This document shows positions 12,801-25,840 of a stretch of DNA of 64,000 nucleotides, in pieces. The stretch lies in NCBI RefSeq assembly GCF_964355755.1, contig NC_092679.1, positions 23,915,432-23,979,431 on the forward strand. The letters run 5' to 3'. The position numbers and the translations under genes are program-made. Source of the stretch: Antedon mediterranea (Eukaryota > Animalia > Echinodermata). How positions within the stretch are numbered: position 1 is the first letter of the stretch; each line of letters begins with the position of its first letter. The notes below the pieces were generated by a model that saw only the letters and a program-made list of their open reading frames with translations, searched no databases and was not told the DNA's origin.

Positions 12801-14143
12801 GAATTAAATTTTATTTCAATATATATCTTTCTTTGAAACAGAAATTACTGATTTTGTTCATTCTCTTTTTTGTGTTTTATTTTTCACTTGTTATGTTTAA
12901 AGACATAAAAAGAAAATCAATTAAAATCCTTTTTTTATAAAAAAATCTTACAATAATGAATAAATGTTTCGCAAGTACACAAAGTTTTGATACAGTTTTT
13001 AATCATTAACTCTTCCATACTGTAGATGTCAGTGGTGTAGCTGTGACTGCCGTCCAATCTACTCCAACATCAATTAAAAAAGAGGATCCTTACGTATTAT
13101 TTGGAGTTGATGTGGAAATTCAAAAATATATAGAAAAACTACCAAAAGGTATTATTATTATTATTTATTGCCAAAAACCAGTTACAAACAAACAAAACAC
13201 AGAAACTAAGGGAGTAGGCAGGAACCTAAAAGTGAACCTAATCACTATAACAAGAGTTCAGGTTCCGTACTCCCAAAGTAACAACAATTGTTTGATTGGC
13301 AATGGTAATGATTGTTGGCAATCTTGGTGGCAACAACTATGCCTGTTTTATGATAGGAGAAATTATTTGTGCGAATCCAACATTTTGCAAAGATGCTCAT
13401 GATTGTGTGACAATTCATTTCTGAGCTCTGATTGGTTGCGCAAATTTTCGCTTTGCTTTCTTAAAATTTAACGTTAAGAGTAGGTTCTTTTAAGATTAAA
13501 CTAATTAATTTTTTCAATCTTGAAAATGTTTGCAGTTAAGTTTTTGTAGAGACAACTAGCATATGTGTTTGGTTCTTCTTTATTTGCCTGTCTGTTTTCT
13601 ATTGGCAGAAATCTTGAATAAGCTAATAACATTTACATTTTATTTTATTTTGCAGGCTCAGCAATATTCTTTGAATTTAAACATTACAAGCCAAAGAAGC
13701 GCATTACAAGTACAAAATGTTTTGCTTTTCTTGAGATGGATGAGATTAAGGAGGGACCAATGGTAGTGGAATTGTAAGTTAAATTCATGTACCCCATTTA
13801 AACTAAACGAGTGTTATTGTGTTTTGTTTCTTTTTTTTTATATTTTTTAAATTCTTGTACATAATTTTGTGGCACTGTGGCTTGGTGGTTGACATGCTTG
13901 CTTAGCAATCCCATGGTCCAAATCTTGGAACTGTTCACTTCTATCTTAGCCTTGTATGAAACTGGAGAGCATTTTGGAAAGCATGGGTTTCCCATCCTGT
14001 AGTTGGCATATGCTATATTTGCTGAATACTCTATATTTCTTTTCAGATACAAAAAACCAACAGATTACAAAAGAAAGAAATTAAACCTTTTGACAAACAA
14101 GCCATTATATCTTCATCTATTCCTAACGTTACACACCGATTGA
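9848..14143 (+). CDS. AIDA: Axin interactor, dorsalization-associated protein, 10 coding exons, 317 aa
   Basis: GT-AG exons 9848-9954, 10232-10295, 10558-10611, 11074-11128, 11215-11281, 11934-12079, 12590-12712, 13026-13148, 13656-13773, 14047-14143 join in frame (954 nt). Signature motifs are GTDFDSWGQVVEAVDEY, an acidic linker, and the C2 domain (IDKIGFKDALVYIDPFIVISVK, FFEFKHYKPKKR, LYKKPTDYKRKKL). Confidence 0.95.
11708..11885. mobile_element. MITE in AIDA intron 5
   Basis: Inverted ends aatttacacagacgag...gtaacggtaa / ttaccgttac...ctcgtctgtgtaaatt. A related fragment lies at about 55027-55160. Confidence 0.6.
12203..12500 (+). mobile_element. Decayed tRNA-derived SINE, central part resembling the Deu/Nin domain
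   Basis: A-box-like tgaccgagcggttaag and B-box-like ggttcaaggc, followed by gaggtccagtgt...cacttaaaaaacctagtgcatct. The family resemblance is recalled, not aligned. Confidence 0.45.
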
Positions 14144-16208
14144 TGAACCATTAAGCCTTAAATCTACACTATCAAACTTTTTGTGACAAAATAATGTGAT
14201 ATGGCCATATATGGTATGACGTCATAACAATACGATATTTTGGCATATCACTACCCTATTTGGACACACTTTTTTGTCAAACTAGTTTGTTAGTGTAGAT
14301 CCTTTGATGCCTTGAATCAACAGTATTCTTGAAACAGACAATGAAACCTGCAGAGGTAACGAAGGCAAACTTTTATTTTGTCATAATACTGTCATTGCTG
14401 AAAATGAACTTCAAATCGAAACAAGACAGATGTCTCAATTCCTGTACATGCAGGACTCACAGCTGTCAACTTGATACTAAACTACAATTTCTTGAGATAG
14501 ACTAATGAATTAGTACTGTATTTATTAAATAATGCATTATCATATGGGCTAATTAATAGTAACAATAACTTGGTATATTAATCCGTCGTATACATGGCTA
14601 CTTTTTACAATGGGCGTAGATCGTTCACTGGTATTTAACTGTATTCAAAGTTGATTAAATCTTTGTAGTTATTAATGCATTTTGAAACTGTACATTCCAT
14701 TCTGTATATATATTTGTCTTTTTATTAATTTTTTATGTATTTAGTGTAGAAATGTACTATTCGATCAAAATTTACTTTGTTGTTTAGAAACAATCTATAC
14801 TGTAGTTTGGCAATCTATCAACAGGACACTGAGCTCGCCTTGCCAAGATAGCTGTTAACAGTCCTTTGATCTTATGTATAACTGCGACAAACACCAACAA
14901 TACTGTACTATGTACATATCATTCTTCGCGGTGCGCACTGTATGTTAAGGGGCGTGGAACTGATTATGTCGCAGCCAAAGATAAACCCTTTGATCTCCGT
15001 AGTTCATCATCCTGTGGTTAGATTTCCTTGGTATGATTGTTATTCTATTTAAAAGGCTAAAATACTTGCAAAATCTAATTTGTCAACACCATTATTACAA
15101 CAATACGTTTTGTCATCATAATTGTTATGATTCATTAAGTAGATTTGTATTATACACGAAGGGGTTAGAGCTCCTATATAATACTGTAAAACCTCGAAAA
15201 GCTCCCTCTCTGGTTTGCAAAAGCAATCTCGGAAAGAAGCACCAATATGTATAACAGTGCCTACAGACCATACCTGTTGATTTTCAAGAAAATTGATATT
15301 ATATTATTATTATTATATTAGTGACGTTACAAATCTTAATATTTAACTCATTCATTAATTAGCTTGTTTAGCCGCATTTCAATGTAATTTGTTGTAGTAG
15401 GTATACATGTAATGTGTTCTGTATTAAAATATTAGTATAATACTGTAGTATAATAATGTACAGTTACATTCATTTTCATAAAAAGTTTTTAAATCAACTT
15501 CGGTTCCGTTGGGTTTTTCTATAACTCTAAAGCGTGGTTCCCACTAGCGACGCAACACAATGGGGAAGATGGTATTGTTAGTCATACGCGGTGAACACGC
15601 CAAAAATTAAATTTAAAAATTAAGTTTTTATTTTGTTAATCTTTATTAAAAAGTCAAATTATGTAAAGATACAATTTTCCGGTCGGGAATATAGAAGCTC
15701 CCTCCTTTAGTTTACAAAAGTATAAATCTCGAAATAAACCACCTGTGGAAAGAGAAGCTTATCCGTTGAAAAGAAGCCACCGTACCCAAGAGTACTAAAA
15801 AATGAGGAACACATTAAATAGTTTGTTTGCAAATGAGTGTGCACATTTTTTTAACAAAGAGTAAATTATATGTGCTACACTATTGCACAGTATTTAGATA
15901 GAATGATATAATTAAGTGGTGTATTGTGCCTCAAAATAATTATGAAAAATAAAGATGATTAAATGAAACTTTGAATAGACCATTTTGTGGTGGTTTTTCA
16001 CTTTTACCAAGAACAAAACAATTAATGTTTTCAATTATTAAAATGAGACAAAATAAACAGTTAAAGTTACCAAAACCCATGGGTTTCAGACAATGGTCAT
16101 TTTTTTTCAAAATTGTCCTTGCTCAGCCCCAATCATGGTGGGGGAAGTGAAGACTCTTATATCATGTTTCAAAATACTTCAGACCTTGCAGAAACCAAAA
16201 ACCAAAAT

Positions 16209-16476
16209 GATCAGTTAGCTCAGTCGCCTGAGCGTCGTGTTAGCAACACGTATGTCGTGGGTTCGATTCCCACGCTGGTCGGTGGAATAGAGTTAAGGCT
16301 ATGCGAGCCACTGTCTTTGGGGTTCACAGATCAAACGTCCCACTTTCCACCACACACCATGAGGCGACAACATCAATGCATCTGGTGATGTGGTGGGAAC
16401 GACCCCAAAAGGCTGTGGCAGGGCCTTAGTGCTGAGGCAGGGAGAGCACATTTACCATCTTTTTTTTTTTTTTTTT
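16209..16476 (+). mobile_element. tRNA-headed SINE-like or Pol III unit with structured body and T17 tail
   Basis: 16209-16281 folds as a near-complete cloverleaf (acceptor GATCAGT/GCTGGTC, T-arm GTGGG-TTCGATT-CCCAC, anticodon loop TTAGCAA) that resembles tRNA-Ile(AAT) but lacks the D-loop GG. A ~180-nt self-complementary body and poly-T (16460-16476) follow. Confidence 0.7.
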
Positions 16477-16773
16477 GGTTCTCGCTAACTGCTTTGATGT
16501 TTTGAATTTAATGCTTAGCGCCCTCAATTTAATTTAATGTATAAAAAAAGGAATTCATTCTCTTCGTTTCGCGTTTAGAAGAGAATTTATATCTCATCGT
16601 AGTTTGGTATGCCGTGCGTTTGTTATGCAAAGAGTGTACACATGTACAGTGGGGAAGATGCTATTGTTAGACATTTAGCAGCGTTACTAAAGTGCAATAG
16701 CTTTAAATTAAGCTAGAACAAGACAATAGCAATGGTGAAGACGATTATGATTTCAATATCATGTAATGTAAGA

Positions 16774-19700
16774 TTATTAGGTTATATGCATGATATGCAT
16801 ATAACCTCTTGATTCTGTCAGAATCTTTATTTATTTATTTATTTATTTATTAGGTTATATGCATGATATGCATATAACCTCTTGATTCTGTCAGAATCTT
16901 TATTTATTTATTTATTTATTAGGTTATATGCATTATCATGCATATAACCTCTTGATTCTGTCAAAATCTTTATTTATTTATTTATTCTTTCCTTAGCACT
17001 ATTTTGTCCGTGAATTATCTTGATATCAGTTTCATCTATCTAAGTCAATTTTTCAGAGTATATTCCTTATGGCCAGGAATCGATGTGGTTATATTTTCAC
17101 GATGCGTAATCAAAAATTACGCGGTCTACGCGCGATTTTACGAAATCACGTTTGTAATCACATCTTCACAAGCATGAATCACAATTAAACAAAATTTGGT
17201 ACTCATAAATTTCAGGTCATATTTCATCATATGGCAATACAATTACGTGCGTAGCGCATATAACGCTTGCGTACGCGCGCTTAAAATGTTCAAAATTGTC
17301 AAAATTTATTTTCGATGAAATTAGAGTACGTTTCAGGCAATTTTAAGCGTTTAAAAAATTGCCATGAGTGCGCAGATTTTTGCACGCGCACTGCGCGTTA
17401 TACGTTAATGCGCACTCTTTTTGTCCGATTTCGGTTGTACAACCTTTCTTTAATAATATCATCATATTTTATTCACTTTTCAACGCGTAATTGCCTTATA
17501 CGAGCACGTCAAAAGTGACAGGCTACGCACGTGTAAGTTAACAAAATGGTGAAAATATGCTAAATTTTAAAATTAATATAGATCGTCAGAATGCTCGGGA
17601 ACACATATTTTTTATTTCATTTTCTTGAAGTGTATGTATCTTATGTATGATTTATTATTAAACTAAGGGAACAAAAGTTGATTAAGCCATAATTAATTGC
17701 ATATTAAATTAAAAAAAATTCATTTCGACAATCAAACAAATTATGACATTTTCTTAGGCCAAAATAACAAACTTAACATTAACTTTCTTCCTTCAAAAAT
17801 TCATATATTAAAGTTAAAAGTATGTAGTTTGACAGTGCATCATTTGTATACATTTTAAAGATGTCATCATGGTAAAAAATTATAATTCATTTCGGTATGT
17901 AATAATCTATTTGCATCAAAGTGGTTACTGCATAGTAAATACAAGGAGGAATTTTTCTACAACTTTTAGTCAGTTGTGTACGGCTCGGTGGTCTGTGCTC
18001 GTGTCTATGGCATTCAAGGTACCGAGATCGAGTCTCACCGTGGGAAACGAAATAAGTTTTTTTTTTTATTATCCATATTTTTTGTTCAAATTTATTTCTT
18101 AGTGTATAGATTATACACATGATTTATAATGAAATCTAGATAAAAATTAACTGATGTCTTTATTATTATGTAACAACAAATGTGGTTTATGACATTATAC
18201 GCATATGGATCATTGATCGGATTGTGATACCGGCTATGGTGTTCGCGTTAGCAAGGTCCTATCATATATTATAAATAATTAAAGATTCTGAGAAAATCAA
18301 TCAATCAATATATCTTTTAAAAATCAATTATCTTTATTTAAATCAATGCATATAACCTATAATTCGTCATAGTGACGAATTAAATCTAGTTTATTTATTC
18401 TTTCCTTAGCACTATTTGTCCGTCAATTATCTTGATATCAGTTTCATCTAACTAAGTCAATTTTTCAGAGTATATTCCTTATGGCCAGGAATCGATGTGG
18501 TTATGTTTTCACGGTGCGCAATCAAACATTACGCGGTCTACGCGCGATTTAACGAAATCACGTTTGTAATCATATCTTCACAAGCATGAATCACTTTTAA
18601 ACAAAATTTGGTACTCATAAATTTCAGGTCATATTTCATCATATGGCAATACAATTACGTGCGTAGCGCATATAACGCATGCGTACGCGCGCTTAAAATG
18701 TTCAAAATTGTCAGAATTTATTTTCGATGAAATTAGAGTACGTTTCAGGCAATTTTAGGCGTTTAAAAATTGCCATAAGTGCGCAGATTTTTGCACGCGC
18801 ACTGCGCGTCAAACGTTATTGCGCACTGTTTTTGTCCGATTACTGTTGTATAACCTTTCTTTAACAATATCATCATATTGTATTAACTTTTCAACGCCAA
18901 ACAGCGTTATACGAGTACGTCAAAAGTGACAGGCTACGCACGTGTAAGTTAACAAAATGGTGAAAATATGCTAAATTTTAAAATTAATATATATCGTTAG
19001 AATGCTCGGGAACACCGATTTTTTATTTCATTTTCTTGAAGTGTATGTATCATATGTATGATTTATTATCAAATAAAGAGAACAAAAGTTGATTAAGTCA
19101 TCATTAATGGCATATTAAATTTACAAAAATTAATTTCGACAATCAAACAAATTATACAATTTTCTTAGGCCGAAATAACAAACTTAACATTAACTTTCTT
19201 TCTTAAGAAGTTCATATATTAAAGTTAAAAGTATATAGTTTGACAGTGCATCATTTTTAAAAATCTTTAAAGATGTCATCATAGTAAAACATTATAATTC
19301 ATTACGGTATGTAATAATCTATCTGCACCAAAGTGGTTACTGCATAGTAAATACACGGAGGAATATTTCCATATTTTTTAGTCAGTTGTGTATGGCTCGG
19401 TGGTCTTTGCTCGTGTCTATAGCATTTAAGGTACCGAGTTCGAGTCTCACCTTGGGAAACGAAACAAAATAAGATTTTTTTTTATTATCCGTATTGTTTG
19501 TTCAATTGTATTTCTTAGTGTATAGATTACACAAAATGTGGTTTATGACATTATATACGCAGAAGGATCTTTGATCGGATTATGATACCGGCTATTGTAT
19601 TTGCGTTAGCAAGATCCTATCATATATTATAAATAACTAAAGATTCTGAGAAAATCAATCAATCAAAATATCTTAAATCAATCAATTATCTTTATTTAAA

Positions 19701-22700
19701 TCAATGCATATAACCTATAATTCGTCATAGTGACGAATTAAATCTAGTTTATTGGTTATCCGCCTCAAGCGGATAACCTTTGTTATTGTAGTGTTACTTT
19801 TTTTTTTTATTATTCTTCTTTCTTTCTCCGATTTTGTGTACGCGTTTTCTCTTGAACGTGTTAACATAACATTTTGTAACTTGGTCAACATATAGACAAT
19901 TAACTGAAGATGTACTGCGAAGCTTTTTGACAATGTCAGATCCGCGTAGCGTAAGTTACGCGCGATTTTCTGAAAATCTTAAATCGGTCATAACTTCGAA
20001 ACCGATAAATATTTTTTAACGAAATTTTCAGCCACGTTTTCTTCACATCAATGGCTAACTTTTTCGCTCTTCAGCAAATTTTTGAACACTAGAAAGTCTG
20101 CGCGTAAACTGCGTTTGAAATTTTAAAATGCTCCTAATTTGTGCACGCTGTTTCTCTGTAACGCGTTAACATAACATTTTGTAACTTGTTCAACATATAG
20201 ACATTTTACTGAAGTTGTCCAGCCAAGCTTTTTGACGATGTCAGAGCCGCGTAGCGTAAGTTACGCGTGATTTTCTGAAAATCTTAAATTGGTTATAACT
20301 TCGAAACAAATGAATATTTTTTAACGTCATTTTCAGCCACGTTTGCTTCACATCAATAGTTAACTTTTTTAACGCTATCGCAATTTGTAACATTAGAAAG
20401 TGCGCGCGTAAATGGCGTTTGAAATTTTAAAATGCTTCAAATCAATTTCTGATTAAATTAGAGCACGATTCAGGTCATTTTAAGCGTTTAAAAAATTGCC
20501 ACTGGTGCGCACATTTTTACGCGCGCACGGCGCAGGGAACAGGTATGAGCATTTCTTTTACACGATTTGTGTTTTTAAATCTTCTGTTAACAATTTTACG
20601 TTATTTTATTCACTTTTCAACTTGAAATGGCGTTCTACGAGCACGTTAAACATGACAGGTTGCGCACGAAAACGTCAACAAATTGTGAAAATGTTCCAAA
20701 ATATGTCTACTTTTAAAAATGACACAGTTCATCAGAATGCAAGGTTACCCCCATTTTTTATTTTAATTTCTTGCAGTGTATGAATCATAGGTCTGATTTA
20801 TTATAGTGTTGAATGCTAAAACGTGTTTGATGGCTACATTATTTGCATATTAAATATAATTTTTGAAATATTTATCATCAAACAAACATAAACTTATTCA
20901 AAGAGCAAAACAATAAACATAACATTTATCTTTTTTCTTTACATGTTAATATATAAAACTTGAAAGTATGTACTTTCATAAAATATCAGCGTTTAAAATT
21001 TTTGAAGATTTCATCATAGTAAAATTTATGATTTAAGTTTGATATGTAATAATCAACTTGCATCGAGGGGGTTCACGACATACCGAATGAACGAGGACTC
21101 TTTCTTCGGATTTTCGTCAGCAGGTGGTCATATGGCTCGATGTGTAATGCAACCGACTTTGGTATCAGAGGTACCGGGTTCGAGTCCCGTCACGGGAAAA
21201 CAATTAATTAAAAGGGTTTAGTTGGTTATTACACTGAGAGGGCAGTTTTAATTTTGAATAGCCTACTTTTTTTGGAAAAGTCATAACTTGGAAGTACTTG
21301 AATACGCAAGATACGCTTTGTTGCTGGCGGATAACCAAACTCGTCCTCAAGTGACGAGTTTAAGTTCTAGTTTATTTATTCTTTCCTTAGCACTATTTTG
21401 TCCGTGAATTATCTTGATATCAGTTTCATCTATTTAAGTCAATTTTTCAGAGTATATTCCTTATGGCCAGGAATCGATGTGGTTATATTTTCACGATGCG
21501 TAATCAAAAATTACGCGGTCTACGCGCGATTTTACGAAATCACGTTTGTAATCATATCTTCACAAGCATGAATCACAATTAAACAAAATTTGGTACTCAT
21601 AAATTTCAGGTCATATTTCATCATATGGCAATACAATTACGTGCGTAGCGCATATAACGCTTGCGTACGCGCGCTTAAAATGTTCAAAATTGTCAAAATT
21701 TATTTTCGATGAAATTAGAGTACGTTTCAGGCAATTTTAAGCGTTTAAAAAATTGCCATGAGTGCGCAGATTTTTGCACGCGCACTGCGCGTTATACGTT
21801 AATGCGCACTCTTTTTGTCCGATTTCGGTTGTACAACCTTTCTTTAATAATATCATCATATTTTATTCACTTTTCAACGCGTAATTGCCTTATACGAGCA
21901 CGTCAAAAGTGACAGGCTACGCACGTGTAAGTTAACAAAATGGTGAAAATATGCTAAATTTTAAAATTAATATAGATCGTCAGAATGCTCGGGAACACAT
22001 ATTTTTTATTTCATTTTCTTGAAGTGTATGTATCTTATGTATGATTTATTATTAAACTAAGGGAACAAAAGTTGATTAAGCCATAATTAATTGCATATTA
22101 AATTTAAAAAAATTCATTTCGACAATCAAACAAATTATGACATTTTCTTAGGCCAAAATAACAAACTTAACATTAACTTTCTTCCTCCAAAAGTTCATAT
22201 ATTAAAGTTAAAAGTATATAGTTTGACAGTGCATCATTTTTGTACATTTTTAGAGATGTCATCATAGTAAAAAATTATAATTCATTGCGGTATGTAATAA
22301 TCTATCTGCACCAAAGTGGTTACTGCATAGTAAATACACGGAGGAATTTTTCTACAATTTTTAGACAGTTGTGTATGGCTCGGTGGTGTGTGCTCGTGTC
22401 TATGGCACTCAAGGTACCGAGATCGAGTCTCACCTTGGGAAACGAAATAAGATTTTTTTTTTATTATCCGTATTGTTTGTTCAAATTTATTTCTTAGTGT
22501 ATATATTATACACATGATTTATAATGAAATCTAGATAAAAAATAACTTATGTCTTTATTATTATGTAACAGCAAATGTGGTTTATGACATTATACGCAGA
22601 GGGATCTTTGATCGGATTGTGATACCGGCTATTGTATTCGCGTTAGCAAGGTCCTATCATATATTATAAATAATTAAAGAATCTGAGAAAATCAATGAAT

Positions 22701-25617
22701 CAAAATATCTTTTAAAAATCAATTATCTTTATTAAAATCAATGCATATAACCTATAATTCGTCATAGTGACGAATTAAATCTAGTTTATTTATTTATTTA
22801 TTTATTTATTTATTCTTTCCTTAGCACTATTTGTCCGTCAATTATCTTGGCATCGGTTTTATCTATCTAAGTCAATTTTTCAGAGTATATTCCTTATGGC
22901 CAGGAATCGATGTGGTTATGTTTTCACGGTGCGCAATCAAAAATTACGCGGTCTACGCGCGATTTAACAAAATCACGTTTGTAATCATATCTTCACAAAC
23001 ATGAATCACTTTTAAACAAAATTTGGTACTCATAAATTTCAGGTCATATTTCATCATATGGCAATACAATTACGTGCGTAGCGCATATAACGCATGCGTA
23101 CGCGCGCTTAAAATGTTGAAAATTGTCAGAATTTATTTTCGATGAAATTAGAGTACGTTTCAGGCAATTTTTAGCGTTTAAAAAATTGCCATGAGTGCGC
23201 AGATTTTTGCACGCGCACTGCGCGTCAAACGTTAATGCGCACTGTTTGTGTCTGATTACTGTTGTATAACCTTACTTTAATAATATCATCATATTTTATT
23301 CACTTTTCAACGCGAAACAGCGTTATACGAGCACGTCAAAAGTGACGGGCTACGCACGTGTAAGTTAACAAAATGGTGAAAATATGCTAAATTTTAAAAT
23401 TAAAATATATCGTTAGAATGCTCGGGAACACCTATTTTTTATTTAATTTTCTTGAAGTGTATGTATCATATGTATGATTTATTATGAAATTAGAAGAACA
23501 AAAGTTGATTAAGTCATCATTAATGGCATATTAAATTTAACAAAATTAATTTCGACAATCAAACAAATTATAACATTTTCTTAGGCCAAAATAACAAACT
23601 TAACGTTAACTTTCTTCCTTAAGAAGTTCATATATTAAAGTTAAAAGTATATAGTTTGACAGTGCATCATTTTTTTAAATTTTTAAAGATGTCATCATAG
23701 TAAAACATTATAATTCATTGCGGTATGTAATAATCTATCTGCACCAAAGTGGTTACTGCATAGTAAATACACGGAGGAATTTTTCTCCAAGTTTTATTCA
23801 GTTGTGTATGGCTCGATGGTCTGTGCTCGTGTCAATGGCATTCAAGGTACCGAGTTCGAGTCTCACCTTGGGAAACGAAATAAGATTTTTTTTTTATTAT
23901 CCGTATTGTTCAAATTTATTTCTTAGTGTATAGATTATACACATGATTTATAATGAAATCTAGATAAAAAGTTACTTTATGTCTTTTTTATTATGTAACA
24001 ACAAATGCGGTTTATGACATTATACGCAGAGGGATCTTTGATCGGATTGTGATACCGGCTATGGTGTTCGCGTTAGCAAGGTCCTATCATATATTATAAA
24101 TAATTAAAGATTCTGAGAAAATCAATCAATCAATATATCTTTTAAAAATCAATTATCTTTATTTAAATCAATGCATATAACCTATAATTCGTCATAGTGA
24201 CGAATTAAATCTAGTTTATTTATTCTTTCCTTAGCACTATTTGTCCGTCAATTATCTTGATATCAGTTTCATCTAACTAAGTCAATTTTTCAGAGTATAT
24301 TCCTTATGGCCAGGAATCGATGTGGTTATGTTTTCACGGTGCGCAATCAAACATTACGCGGTCTACGCGCGATTTAACGAAATCACGTTTGTAATCATAT
24401 CTTCACAATCATGAATCACTTTTAAACAAAATTTGGTACTCATAAATTTCAGGTCATATTTCATCATATGGCAATACAATTACGTGCGTAGCGCATATAA
24501 CGCATGCGTACGCGCGCTTAAAATGTTCAAAATTGTCAGAATTTATTTTCGATGAAATTAGAGTGCGTTTCAGGCAATTTTAAGTGTTTAAAAAATTGCC
24601 ATAAGTGCGCAGATTTTTGCACGCGCACTGCGCGTCAAACGTTGTTGCGCACTGATTTTGTCCGATTACTGTTGTATAACCTTTCTTTAACAATATCATC
24701 ATATTGTATTAACTTTTCAACGCCAAACAGCGTTATACGAGTACGTCAAAAGTGACAGGCTACGCACGTGTAAGTTAACAAAATGGTGAAAATATGCTAA
24801 ATTTTAAAATTAATATATATTGTTAGAATGCTCGGGAACACCGATTTTTTATTTCATTTTCTTGAAGTGTATGTATCATATGTATGATTTATTATGAAAT
24901 TAAGAGAACAAAAGTTGATTAAGTCATCATTAATGGCATATTAAATTTACAAAAATTAATTTCGACAATAAAACAAATTATAACATTTTCTTAGGCCGAA
25001 ATAACAAACTTAACATTAACTTTCTTCCTTAAGAAGTTCATATATTAAAGTTAAAAGTATATAGTTTGACAGTGCGTCATTTAAAAAAATCTTTAAAAGA
25101 TGTCATCATAGTAAAACATTATAATTCATTGCGGTATGTAATAATCTATCTGCACCAAAGTGGTTACTGCATAGTAAATACACGGAGGAATATTTCCATA
25201 ATTTTTAGGCAGTTGTGTATGGCTCGGTGGTCTTGGCTCGGTGGTCTTTGCTCGTGTCTATAGCATTCAAGGTACCGAGGTCGAGTCTCACCTTGGGAAA
25301 CGAAACGAAATAATATTTTTTTTTATTATCCGTATCGTTTGTTCAATTGTATTTCTTAGTGTATAGATTAGATGATTTATAATGAAATTTATTTAAAAAC
25401 ACAAAATGTGGTTTATGACATTATATACGCAGAAGGGTCTTTGATCGGATTATGATACCGGCTATTGTATTTGCGTTAGCAAGATCCTATCATATATTAT
25501 AAATAACTAAAGATTCTGAGAAAATCAATCAATCAAAATATCTTAAATCAATCAATTATCTTTATTTAAATCAATGCATATAACCTATAATTCGTCATAG
25601 TGACGAATTAAATCTAG
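16774..25617 (+). mobile_element. Nested array of non-autonomous Helentron/DINE-1-like elements (family 1, ~1.45 kb): 3 stacked heads and 5 bodies
   Basis: Each head has subTIR AGGTTATATGCA plus its inverted copy plus (TTTA)n, at 16779, 16852 and 16921. Each body ends TGCATATAACCT, then hairpin taattcgtca-tag-tgacgaatta, then CTAG|TT, at 18389, 19747, 22784, 24214 and 25617. Confidence 0.85.
19749..21370 (+). mobile_element. Non-autonomous Helentron/DINE-1-like element, family 2
   Basis: 13-bp subTIR ttggttatccgcc / ggcggataaccaa, 5' hairpin 19754-19778, two ~305-bp internal tandem repeats (about 19835-20440), 3' hairpin aaactcgtc-ctcaagt-gacgagttt and CTAG. It sits in the (TTTA)n tract of a family-1 copy. 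Confidence 0.82.
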
Positions 25618-25734
25618 TTATTATTTTATTCCTCTTAAATACCGTAACATTATTAGCAAACGAATATAAGATAGACAAGAAGAAATGTAGTCAAATATGG
25701 CTAAATACATATCATGCTAATATTGATTATAAAT

Positions 25735-25840
25735 CACGTGCAACGCGACTCTACAGCTCACTATTTCGGTCGGTCGGTCGGTTGGTCGGTAAACACTAAT
25801 TTAAATTTAGCACACGACTGCAGCCATGTATAGTCTTGTT
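25735..25840 (+). mobile_element. Short DINE-like element with (GGTC)n microsatellite
   Basis: cacgtgcaacgcgactctacag...(cggt)n...aaacactaa...cacacgact...tcttgtt. Same family as 51083-51146 and 62600-62729. Confidence 0.6.

Noticed and set aside
16209-16281. Functional tRNA-Ala(AGC) gene
   Set aside because: The D-loop GG is missing, the anticodon stem has a mismatch, there is no G3:U70 identity pair, and no terminator follows directly.
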